A DNA stretch of 63,998 nucleotides, the filler included, from Lenisia limosa (lineage: Eukaryota; Protista; Breviatea): assembly GCA_001655205.1 (NCBI GenBank). It is 12 parts of 12 records of this genome, joined end to end, with 100 filler letters (N's around TTAATTAATTAA, not from the genome) between each part and the next. Parts side by side here need not be neighbours in the genome. Positions count along the whole stretch, not along the records: positions 9,468 to 40,335 come from LPNZ01007578.1; positions 40,436 to 45,328 come from LPNZ01005616.1; positions 45,429 to 52,309 come from LPNZ01007128.1; 9 more parts are not named here. The stretch is one strand, 5' to 3'. A program made the translations under genes and the position numbers. Each line of letters begins with the position of its first letter. The first letter of the stretch is position 1. Below the pieces are notes generated by a model. That model was given only the letters and a program-made list of their open reading frames with translations. It had not been told where the DNA came from and ran no database searches. Positions 37,413 to 48,299 of this stretch are shown one piece after another.

Positions 37413-38800
37413 TTAAACTTCAATGATTTCCTTTTCAAGCCTCTGAAGCAAAATGACTGAGACATTTTCCAGTTTCTCTTGGATTGGTACTACCTCCACG
37501 TGCAAATCATTAATCAATACCTTGCTATTGAACGCGAGACAATGCCCTTCTGATGGATTATCAAAAATTATCACAACTTACCTCTCACGATTGTTCCTCC
37601 AATGATCTTATAGTCAATGTTTTCCACCACTACAGGGTGCTTCAGATTATCAACCCTTGGTAATGAAACGAATACCATTTAATTAATTCTTACTGTTGGA
37701 AGCAGGTGACGAGAACAGTTTCAAATGGCTCCATAATAACAGCGGCCGTCTTGCCGCAGGTGTCGCAGCGGCGCGAGGTGTTGTGCAGGAAGAGCATATT
37801 CTTTCCGTGAATATTGACAATCTAGCGGTGGCCTGAGGAAAAATAATGCGAAATTACCTACCTGATTCACTGAGACAAACAACGAGTTATCATCCAATGG
37901 GACGTGGCAAATGTGGCCATCGGAGCAAAGTGTTCTTCTTTTTGGGGTCAACAACGCGGCTAGTTCGGGAGACTGCCTAAGTGCGCATTTCATTACAATT
38001 TCGGGGTCGGATCTTTCGTTGTGTTCCACCTCTGTGATGATAGTGTATAAGTGTATGGCTTTACAAACTTTCATTCGGATTGCGCCTTCCACTTTCTTCA
38101 AAAAATAGAAGAGAAGCCATATCTCGGCAGTGATCGTAAGTTGCTAATACATATTATTTCACGAAGGAGGACCAGATTTGCTTTTACCAATAAAGGCAAT
38201 TGCTGACAGAATTGGGCCAGTTACAACACTACATTAGGTTAACTTCAGCTGCAACGTCGATACCCCACATCACCAAAAGACACTATTGTTTGCATATTCC
38301 TACCCAGGATGACACTCAAGAAGAGTAACAAGCACAAACATGGCACTGTCAAAGTAACACAGACTACTTCTCCATGTAGCGAATTGGATATTAGCTGCTT
38401 AAGGTGTCTTACTCTGTTTGTGTTTAGAGGTTTGTTACTGTAGAGCCCTCGGGTTTGGAGAACTGCTTTTTGAAGAGCCTATATACATAGAATATTAGCA
38501 AAAGGTCTATCTGCAATAGAGCCCCACCTCGTTCCACAGCAGTTCTGCCAGAAAGATGAGCAGAGTGAATATCGCAGTGTCAACAGGGAAATCCTAAAAT
38601 TGAATGAAACTGCTTGTGCCTCTTGCATACAGTAGGGGTTAGGGGTGTCTGGCTGGTTATGGCTCCCCGTACAACACAGACAGGCTCTTCGCTGAGTTTT
38701 GCAGCCGACTTCATCTGAAAAATGTACAAATGACTTGAATTTAAAAATGTTATCTGGAAAGTCAAATTGAGATGTTTTAGTCAAAATATGATGTTATAAT
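37413..38800 (-). pseudogene. USP/peptidase C19-like cysteine protease pseudogene
   Basis: Cys box WRSSLCYFDSAMFVL at ~38340-38375. His box YKIIGGTIVR|EGHCLAFNSKVLINDLHV forms after removing a 32-nt intron (37550-37581). Upstream CLCCTGSHNQPDTPNPYC is a Zn-knuckle-like motif. In-frame stops are present. Confidence 0.6.
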
Positions 38801-39199
38801 TGAAGAGAAAATAATTCAGTCAAATGTGAGAAAAGTTATTTTTTTAAAAAAAAAGTCAACTGTAAAAAATACCCCACCAATATCCCCCCACCTTTGTTAC
38901 GATATTAACAATAACGTAAAAGATGACAAAAACCCACCTAAACAGTGATTTTGAGTGAAATACTTGAAAGACTTGTGTGGAAACAGTGGCCGCAGTAAGA
39001 TTGACTCAAGATAAAGCTCAATATCCCTGTCAGAATTTATCGCGGCCAGTATGCCCCCTCCCCCCTCGTGTCTTTTCTTCATGCGTCCACTATATCACGT
39101 TAAGAGATACTGAATTATAGTATCTGGACGAAGCCGTCCACATCATGCCTCTGATACCATAACATATTACTTGTTTTCTATGTTATCGGTGTAAATGCG

Positions 39200-39890
39200 A
39201 GAAATACCCCCCCCCCCCCNNNNNNNNNNNNNNNNNNNNNNNNNNNNNNNNNNNNNNNNNNNNNNNNNNNNNNNNNNNNNNNNNNNNNNNNNNNNNNNNN
39301 NNNNNNNNNNNNNNNNNNNNNNNNNNNNNNNNNNNNNNNNNNNNNNNNNNNNNNNNNNNNNNNNNNNNNNNNNNNNNNNCGTTGTCTCCGCCCTCGTAGG
39401 GCAATTGCCGGACTTGAATCTGAACTGTCAACGTGCCTCAACTCCATAAGACGAAGGTCCAATACACCATCATTACTTTATATAGCAATGAGAAATAAAA
39501 ATAAAGTTGTATCATTACTTACTTCTAGGGATTCCCCACGGTCCCAAAAAAAGACTGAATTTCTCGATATTTCCTTGATAAATATCGATATTTTACCGGT
39601 CTTTTTCGGACCATAGGGAAGCCCTACTTACTTCTTATAGCACCATATAGACCCCCCCTACAGTAAAGTTGCCTGTCCCCAGGACTCCGTCAAGATTTTG
39701 GTTGTCGAATGCGTCGAAAGGTGTCAGAATGGCATGAGTCTCCTTGAAGGCGAGGGCTGATGTGAAGGCCGGGCTGGAGAGCCGCGAATGCGGCGCCGAC
39801 GTTTCACCCGGCACGACGGAAAGAGTGACAGTGCCGTTGCGGGATACTCCGGGGTACTTCCCTGTTATAAAGATATAATGGTGGGTGGTG
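39200..39890 (-). CDS. Gene fragment with an Ig/filamin-like repeat
   Basis: Exon KYPGVSRNGTVTLSVVPGETSAPHSRLSSPAFTSALAFKETHAILTPFDAFDNQNLDG resembles V.PG..S...S....L...D.FgN Ig-like repeats. Confidence 0.45.
39526..39626. mobile_element. hAT-type MITE (family A), 101 bp
   Basis: tagggattccc...gggaagcccta with a perfect TSD cttacttc at 39518-39525 and 39627-39634. Confidence 0.92.
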
Positions 39891-40188
39891 ATTCTACGGC
39901 GCGGTGTTTATGTATAGTCTGGGGAGGCACGCAGAAAACTGTGTGCACAAAGTTGTTAGGCAAATCATTGGGTGAATTACAATTATACATATATTTCAAT
40001 ATCTCTTATAAGCGTGATGGTGTAGACAGCTTCGGCCAGATAAAACTTATTTGTTTATTTCTCATTGCTATATATACATACATATAACGTATGAGTGGGG
40101 GGTATGCTGAATGGAAACAGTTATAACAGTTCTCAAAATATTGAAGACCTTTTATATATGGGATCAAATCATATATCATATATATATA

Positions 40189-40255
40189 GCGGAAACCGTG
40201 GACATGCTTAAAACCGTGGACATGCGTAAAACCGTGGACAAAATTGAACTTCCTC
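40189..40255 (+). mobile_element. Family D-related terminus (three aaaccgtggaca subterminal repeats)
   Basis: (TA)n|gcggaaaccgtggacatgcttaaaaccgtggacatgcgtaaaaccgtggaca. Its reverse-complement end ttccgc(TA)n begins the same contig at 9468. Confidence 0.6.
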
Positions 40256-40435
40256 CAAATCAAGGCAAAATTATTTTCTCTCTCATTTATTTTTGCTGAA
40301 ACAAATTAACTGCAATTGACTCTGCCGCCTAATTTNNNNNNNNNNNNNNNNNNNNNNNNNNNNNNNNNNNNNNNNNNNNTTAATTAATTAANNNNNNNNN
40401 NNNNNNNNNNNNNNNNNNNNNNNNNNNNNNNNNNN

Positions 40436-43400
40436 TGGGTGTCTTTGTTATCCTCGGAATCGGGTTGGGGGGGGGGTGATCATTAGAGCTGAAACCGTGA
40501 AATGAGCTCCCATATTATGGTAGTATCATATATGATATATAATAGTCTTATGTATATCGATATCATAAATATTGTATAGCTCTTTGCTAATGGTATCGTA
40601 GTTTCTATTTTTAATATCAATCTTTTTCACTGTTGTCAGCCAACAAAGTAAATTCAGGTTCTTTTATTTCATAAATTTTCCAATTTTACTCCCCCCCCCC
40701 CCCCAGTGCTGACGATATTTTTGTTTTTNNNNNNNNNNNNNNNNNNNNNNNNNNNNNNNNNNNNNNNNNNNNNNNNNNNNNNNNNNNNNNNNNNNNNNNN
40801 NNNNNNNNNNNNNNNNNNNNNNNNNNNNNNNNNNNNNNNNNNNNNNNNNCATATATTCCCAATTATTAATTTTCTTATGTTCTTCACTTGAGATACGCCT
40901 TGTTACCTCTTAGTCCTGGACCTACAAGAGAGCCTCGCATGCCATGCTCGTCACCACCGCCACCACCGCTCTCGCTTTCCTTGCCTCTCTTATGTACGGT
41001 TTTTTTGTTTCTGCTTTATTCACTTGCACCAGAAACTCGACTTCAGTTCACCATTCAGGTCCCCCATCCCCGCCATTTACTCTCTCGGTGTTTTCACGGG
41101 TCTCCTCGTCATATTTGATTACCTGCTCGTCATCACCCTCTTCCCTGCCAACATCATCATTTGGCACAAGTAGGCAATTGCTTATCGGCACTACATGCCA
41201 GTGTCGACAAAATCTCTTTTTGTGTCACGTGAGAACTATCATTTTCCACGCGGTGATGCAAGACAACATGTATGATATACATTTATATATCATTTTATAT
41301 GTATACATACATAATATATATGCTATGACATGCCCATCTGACCGTCACACCAGGCACTTTGAGTTCCGCAAGGGTTTCTGCTGCTGGTGGGGTGCCAAGC
41401 CCAAGCCGGAGGTGAGGGTGGGGCTAGGCTGCGTATGTAACTATTAGGGCTTCACCAATGTCCGAAAAAGACCGGTAAAATATCGATATTTATCGAGTAT
41501 TTATCGAGAAATTCAGTCTTTTTGGGACCGTAGGGAAGCCCTAGTAACTATTGAGTCCTCTTTCATTCCTTGCTTCTTACGCACTAGTCCCTCTGCCCTG
41601 CTGAAGAATCATCCTCGGAGGTCCCAACATCCCCCGCCATGGAAGACAAAGACGTATGCGGGGCTGCTTTCAGGCTATTGGGGGGATCACTGTTTGAAGT
41701 TTTCGGTGATTCAGGTTGTCAGCCAACAGTGTTGGGCTAATTTATAATTTTACACCAATGTTCTTTTTCGAAATTTCCTTCNNNNNNNNNNNNNNNNNNN
41801 NNNNNNNNNNNNNNNNNNNNNNNNNNNNNNNNNNNNNNNNNNNNNNNNNNNNNNNNNNNNNNNNNNNNNNNNNNNNNNNNNNNNNNNNNNNNNNNNNNNN
41901 NNNNNNNNNNNNNNNNNNNNNNNNNNGATGATCCTTATGGTAAGTGGCTTGAAGGGTATACTCTTATGGCAAGTTCTTATGGCAAGTAATATTCTTTTAT
42001 GACAAGTAGTATTCTTTTATGGCAAGTTATGTCGCTCCCTTCTGGTTGTTGGAGTGTTCCAAACACAGGTTTCTATTTTGCAGTAAAGCTCATTATGGAA
42101 AGTGCACATTGCACCATTTCCGTCCATTTCTTCCTTTACGTCACCCTGCACCCCCTGACTTCTTTCACCCTGCAGCCCTTGACTTCAATCTTAATGATCT
42201 TGGTGGAATCGAGAAGTTCTTCTACAACACTGTTTTCAAGGCCCACATGAAGCTAAAACAACTCTTCGCCCTCGTGTTGGTGCGGGAAATGCTGGGTTCA
42301 ATTATGTAGGGCTTCCGTACGATCCCAAAAAGATCGAATCTCCCGATAAATCCTCGATAAATATCGATATTTAAACGGTCTTTTTTGGACCGTATCACAG
42401 GGGGGGTGACGCAGAGTTTGTGGTTACGTTACCATTTGGGTGAAATGCACTGTCAATTCAATTACAATCCACTAACACCACGCAGCATCATCCTGATCAC
42501 TATTGTGATGTTCGTCTTTGCTCTTCAAATTGCTCCGCCAGTTGAACAAGACACCGGCTTCCCTGAGGGCTCAAACTGTGTGGTAGCTTTCAGTTGAATA
42601 ATAAGAAGAACGCAGGGGGGGGGGGGGNNNNNNNNNNNNNNNNNNNNNNNNNNNNNNNNNNNNNNNNNNNNNNNNNNNNNNNNNNNNNNNNNNNNNNNNN
42701 NNNNNNNNNNNNNNNNNNNNNNNNNNNNNNNNNNNNNNNNNNNNNNNNNNNNNNNNNNNNNNNNNNNNNTAGTTCAGCAACTGACTCTGTAGCAAAGGAA
42801 GTTTGGGAGTCTCTTCAGCTCTTCAAACCCTCGTCTATGAGTGAAACTGCCAAGGTGGGTTGCTTGCATCTTCCCAGTTATCTGAGTTGTTTTATTGTGT
42901 AATCATCATCGTTTTGAGTACTATTAAATATTTAAGGGTTCTCTTTGGCCCAAAAAAGACAGAATTTCTCGATAAATCCTCGATCAATATCGATATTTTT
43001 TACTGGACTGCAGTTTATTCCTTCTTTCACCTTCCCAGGTGCACCTAGTCTGGGGTGTGGACAGCCTCGACCGTGGCGGAGTTGATCCCAACGACATCAA
43101 AGAAAGAGGCGAAGTAGTCTTGTGGGGGGGGGGGNNNNNNNNNNNNNNNNNNNNNNNNNNNNNNNNNNNNNNNNNNNNNNNNNNNNNNNNNNNNNNNNNN
43201 NNNNNNNNNNNNNNNNNNNNNNNNNNNNNNNNNNNNNAAAGACCGGTAAACTATCGATAGTTCTGAGGATTTATCGAGAAGTTCAGTCTTTTTTTTGAAC
43301 CGAAGTGAAGCCCTAACTGCGAGTCATCATTTTCCACGGAGTGGTACTATTTCCCTCTGACGTTACAGTGACACTGAGTTCAACATGGGCAAGGAGGAGT

Positions 43401-45308
43401 GCCAGGAGTACGTCTGGACCATGATCAACGCTCTCATTGACACTCCTCTCACCTCCAGTGGGCTGGGGGGGGGGGTCTATCACTNNNNNNNNNNNNNNNN
43501 NNNNNNNNNNNNNNNNNNNNNNNNNNNNNNNNNNNNNNNNNNNNNNNNNNNNNNNNNNNNNNNNNNNNNNNNNNNNNNNNNNNNNNNNNNNNNNNNNNNN
43601 NNNNNNNNNNNNNNNNNNNNNNNNNNNGAAAACTATCGATAGTTTACTGGGCTTTTTCGAACCGAAGTGAAGCCCTATTTATTACACATACTGACGATTC
43701 AGATGCGGTCCCGGTGGACACAATGAAACACTTCAGGGACTGGCGAGTGAAGCACTGGGGTGCGGGTGCTGAGGTAACGGGTGGTTCTCTGCGACTGTTG
43801 AGGTTTTAGAAATAAGAAATAATAAAGGTGTGGCACACTAACCACGTTAAAAGAAATATTGTGTCGTTTGCCCTAAAAAAATTAGTTCTTGCCGTATACA
43901 TCTTACATAGAAAAAACGTAGTATATGCATGTATATGACATGCATATAGTAACACTCCCTCATTTGCGCCATACATATTGCATATGATATGTAGTACTAC
44001 ATCCCTCTCACTTGCCAGGTCATCAGCGACCCTGACGAGTTCAATGTTCAATGGCGGAACTTCTCCAAGAACCTGTGGCCCTACCCAGGTACAACAGGCT
44101 ACAACAGGTGAGCGTGGTTTCGGGGATTGTAATCATGTCTCTCAGCCTTTCTCCTTTACTTAAAGCGTATGCTGCACTAAAGAGTGGATCTGACTTTGTA
44201 GCGATAAGAGCCCCAAATTCCTGAACATCGGATTTAACTCCACAATGCCCCTCGATTCCAGCGCCTCAGACATTGAGGTTTGGGGTTGGACAATATCTAA
44301 TGGTCTATCGATAGCTTCGTTTTGAGTGGTGGTTCTTCTGATTTGTACACTGATCGATACCGACTAATACTGATCGTTTTTTGTGCCTTCTTTTTTGGTA
44401 CTCAAATATATGTATGTATATATGCATATGAGAAACAGTAAATAATTATCAAATATTAATGATATATCTATGCACTTCCATTCCTCACACCCCCAGGAAG
44501 TATACAACAAATGGGTTGCTCTCATTGATGACCTCAACGCAAAGGCTCCTGAAGGCTGCAATAAGGCCTACCATACCAGTTCTTGGTGGGCAGTAGATAT
44601 ACTCTTCAGGTATACATATATACTATATATGCATATAATATATACATGTCTATATGGGGGTTGATCCGGTTCGGTTCGATCTCAAATCAATGTACTGGCA
44701 TCGGTTCGATTGAAGAAACAATAGTGGAGGATTTGATGATGCTTCTTCCATCAAGCTCTTCCAACCCTTCAGGTGGACATGGTTCAAGACCTCAGAGCTC
44801 ATCGTCACCGCTGCCATTCTCGGAATGATCATTTCCCTGTGTCTCGCCTATACTGTGCTCCTCGCGTCATCTCGTAGGCCTTTTGCCGGTTCTTAGTGAT
44901 GACGTTATTTTTGAGGAAATTATTTGTACGGAGCCCTTAAGTATAGATTTATTCTTAACAAGCTTTCTGTCTCTTACCCCTCCCCAGTGAACGTTATTGT
45001 TGCCACTCTGTCCCTGATGTCGATCCTGCTGACGCTCGTTTGCTTCATTGGACTGATGGTTATTCTTGGCTGGAGTCTGGGGTATGAAGGGTCTCATCAT
45101 ACTTGGAGTCTCCCTTTATTACCATATTTGCTCCTTTTAATAATAGATTAACTTGTGTTTCATGAATGAACTCCTTATTATGTATGTTATATACTATATA
45201 CATGTATATGTAGCTTGAAGTAGTGTATGTATTTCGTGAGTCGAACTAATTTCACCCATAGTTATACAGAGTCGTTTGGACTGGTTATTGCTGGCGGTCT
45301 CTCTATTG
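40436..45308 (+). CDS. Dispatched/Patched-family sterol-sensing-domain RND membrane protein (partial, about 20 exons)
   Basis: Spliced motifs GVFVILGIG|ADDIFVF, TYKRASHAMLVTTATTALAFLASLM|SPIPAIYSLGVFTGLLVIFDYLLVITLFPANIIIWH, VHLVWGVDSLDRGGVDPND, FDTEFNMGKEECQ, ELIVTAAILGMIISLCLAYTVLL, NVIVATLSLMSILLTLVCFIGLMVILGWSLG and TESFGLVIAGGLSI. Confidence 0.88.
41445..41543. mobile_element. hAT-type MITE (family A), 99 bp, intronic
   Basis: tagggcttc...gaagcccta with a perfect TSD gtaactat at 41437-41444 and 41544-41551. Confidence 0.92.
42307..42392. mobile_element. Family A MITE, one end missing
   Basis: g|tagggcttcc...cccgataaatcctcgataaatatcgatatt...ggaccg. Confidence 0.75.
42933..43000. mobile_element. 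Family A MITE, truncated
   Basis: taagggttctc...aaaaaagacagaatttctcgataaatcctcgatcaatatcgatatttt. Confidence 0.65.
43238..43315. mobile_element. Family A MITE, left end in N gap
   Basis: aaagaccggtaaactatcgatag...gaaccgaagtgaagcccta. Confidence 0.8.
43628..43677. mobile_element. Family A MITE, partial
   Basis: aactatcgatag...ttcgaaccgaagtgaagcccta. Confidence 0.75.
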
Positions 45309-45467
45309 GTGAGTGGGTTCATATATTGNNNNNNNNNNNNNNNNNNNNNNNNNNNNNNNNNNNNNNNNNNNNTTAATTAATTAANNNNNNNNNNNNNNNN
45401 NNNNNNNNNNNNNNNNNNNNNNNNNNNNCGTAAAGCGGATCTCTTCATATCCACCCTGACAACTTAG

Positions 45468-46900
45468 GTGTGCTATTTCATTGCTCTTGCACGTGACGGT
45501 TCTCAACTGCCCTCAGTTATGCCCGAGGCTCTCAGGTCCGAGCTCAACTTCTAACTCTTTTCTTCCTTGGATCTGATCTGTATTTAGTTTCTTTTGGGTT
45601 ATTTTGGGTTATTTTGGGTTAAATCTGACTCGATATAAGCGGCAGACCCATTTAATATGGACCAATACAAAAACTCTATCACAATAATTCTATAAAAGTG
45701 TACCCTGCCCTGACACTCTGAGCTGTTGTCATGTCACCTCTTATGAACGTGTGCGTTTCCTGGGGGGGGGGGGNNNNNNNNNNNNNNNNNNNNNNNNNNN
45801 NNNNNNNNNNNNNNNNNNNNNNNNNNNNNNNNNNNNNNNNNNNNNNNNNNNNNNNNNNNNNNNNNNNNNNNNNNNNNNNNNNNNNNNNNNNNNNNNNNNN
45901 NNNNNNNNNNNNNNNACAGAGATTTAAACTACAACAAATGGATTAAAAGAAAACCATATGATATGATGATATTATAATAAATGATATGATATACTAACTA
46001 CTTGAGCGATCACCTTGAGTCGTAATAGCCTGACTGAGGCCCTTGAGGCTGGTTTCCATAACTACCGTATGTCTGGGGGGGGGGGGGGNNNNNNNNNNNN
46101 NNNNNNNNNNNNNNNNNNNNNNNNNNNNNNNNNNNNNNNNNNNNNNNNNNNNNNNNNNNNNNNNNAGATCTTCTCTACTACCCCATGGTTAAAGCAAATA
46201 ATTATTATTGAGGCAACACAGGGTATAATTATAATCGAATCTATCACCATATAGAAATGGTTTATAAGCTTCATTTGATCTGTCAGAGTCGGGGTGTTTT
46301 CCTAGTAATCAATAATTGTATCAGGCCATCACGCTAAGAGATATTGGATTAAAACCCAACCATTTGCCACAACTCTGTGTACAGCTTTCTGCGTGCCTCC
46401 CCAGGTTAGAAGCTTAGTAGCCTATCTCACCTGCTGTATCATATTCTGGTTTGATCTTGAAACTCCATTATTGGGACTCTACACGAATAAACGAACTGAA
46501 AACCCCAGAATAAAACTCTCATAAAAAAAATTAAGCGTTCGGAATTCGACTGAAGTGAAATGTATAATAGAAGGTGTTGACTTTGAGATAACCTTGATGA
46601 GCCCAACCTGTTGAGCTTGACCGTATTGTGCAGACTGGTTCCTTGTGTTGGTGGCGTTGTTATTGTGGCTGGGACATGAGCAATGAAATTAGGGGAAACT
46701 GTAAATAGTATATTATATTACTGCCTCTCCGCCTTACAGCTTTCGCCACTTGTTCAAAGCCGGCAAATGATAAAGTTAGAACTATTTTTTGTTGTCCCCC
46801 CCCCCTCTCCTAGTCTTACAACCTCTTACATTGGGGTGGAAGGAGAGGAGGATGGTCTCGCTAAAGGTGCTGAATCTGCGTGTCCAAAATACTGTCCTAT
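45468..46900 (+). CDS. Partial multi-exon gene, unknown product
   Basis: Short exons VCYFIALARDGSQLPSVMPEAL, VPCPDTLSCCHVTSYE, SRNSLTEALEAGFHNY, PVELDRIVQTG and IGVEGEEDGLAKGAESACPKYCPIG. Confidence 0.5.
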
Positions 46901-47025
46901 TGGGGGTTGGATAATGGGAATGAGTTGCCATCAAAAGGTGAGGGGGCAGACACGTATATGATACTAGTCGTATATAGAACACACACACATCATATTCATA
47001 TGATATATATATCATATAGTATATA

Positions 47026-47833
47026 GTTAAAACCGCGAACATGATTAAAACCGCGAACAAAAAGGAGGCTTTTCTTTCAATATTTTTGAGTCAACACGCT
47101 CCTGATTTCGCATTTTTTTTTGCAAATTATCGCCCGAAACACTCCTTTATACAGGGTTTTATTCAGAATAGGCAGGGGTATCAACATACATGCAAAATAC
47201 CACCTTCATGGTACTTCAATTTTTNNNNNNNNNNGGCCTAGAATTGTCCCTGCGATAAAGTGAAGACGTTCTTTCACCATCAGATTTGATTGTTTCCACT
47301 CTTGCGTAACCTAGAGGCATTTAAGTAAAGAATACGAAACAACTAGGGCAAAAAATGAGCGTAAATTTCCCATAAATGGGCGAAAATATGATAGAAGATG
47401 TGAATAAATCAAGCGAATTTGACTCTTACCTTTTGTGCCGGTAAATGGGTTAATGACGCAGTATATACTTTAATCAGACGTCTATTTCATCCATTGGCTC
47501 TATTATAGAGACTGAACAAGGAAAATTCTTGAAAAAACCGTCACAAAAGTTGACTTAAATACCTCAAAACCACTACATTTTCTCCAAAAATGGACTTCAG
47601 ATTTGAATTCTCCTTAAAAATCTGCGTTTCTATAGTGGGGCATTTTAATAGGCTCAAAACACTATTATTCTGAAAGAGGGGGGTTTCAAAAAATATTTTC
47701 GCGTAAAGGAAACTGGGCCCGGCCGGGTCGATTCTGATCAAAAGATCTTTTTTTCGATTTTTTTATCTCGCGATTATGTCGATTGTTGGCTTGTTCGCAG
47801 TTTTAATCATGTTCGCGGTTTTAACCACCAACC
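47026..47833 (+). mobile_element. Family D non-autonomous DNA transposon, about 0.8 kb
   Basis: TIRs gttaaaaccgcgaacatgattaaaaccgcgaacaa / ttgttcgcagttttaatcatgttcgcggttttaaccaccaacc|ta, with TA-rich flanks. Confidence 0.85.
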
Positions 47834-48299
47834 TATATACATAATATAAGACTACATATCAAATGATACACAATCGAGGCAATGATCTAGTAAAGGCAAG
47901 TAATCGCAGAGAACAGGGAAGTAAAATCGGGAAGTTTGGCAAAAAAAAGCAGTTTCCTTTGGATAATATATACTATATCATATTATATAATATATAAAAT
48001 ATGATATATCATTATATTATTGCTTCCAGTAATTAACGCAGAGAAATTCAACAAACCTTGGTTGGAGTATGATGATGTGCCATCTTGAACCGCTGAACGA
48101 TGAGGACAGATAGGAAATGATTATGACACTGTATATGGCTTGATCCAACATAACACAGCAGGAAACATTTCATTTGTGGCTGCGGTAACAAGTTGTAAAG
48201 TGTCTCCCAACTTACAGTTGGAATAGTGATTGTCTGACGAGGACTCGTAGTTCTATTGACATTAGACAGAGTATACACCAAAAAACAGGTTAATAGGGA

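Noticed and set aside
9468-40255. Whole 31-kb contig as one giant TIR element (Polinton) because its two ends are reverse-complementary (ttccgc(TA)n vs (TA)ngcggaa)
   Set aside because: The match is only about 18 nt, mostly TA microsatellite. The element ends point outward, which simply explains the contig breaks at a repeat family. No pPolB, integrase or ATPase was recognised inside.
45593-45620. Telomere-like (TTTTGGGTTA)x3
   Set aside because: It has only three units, is internal to an intron and does not recur at contig ends.
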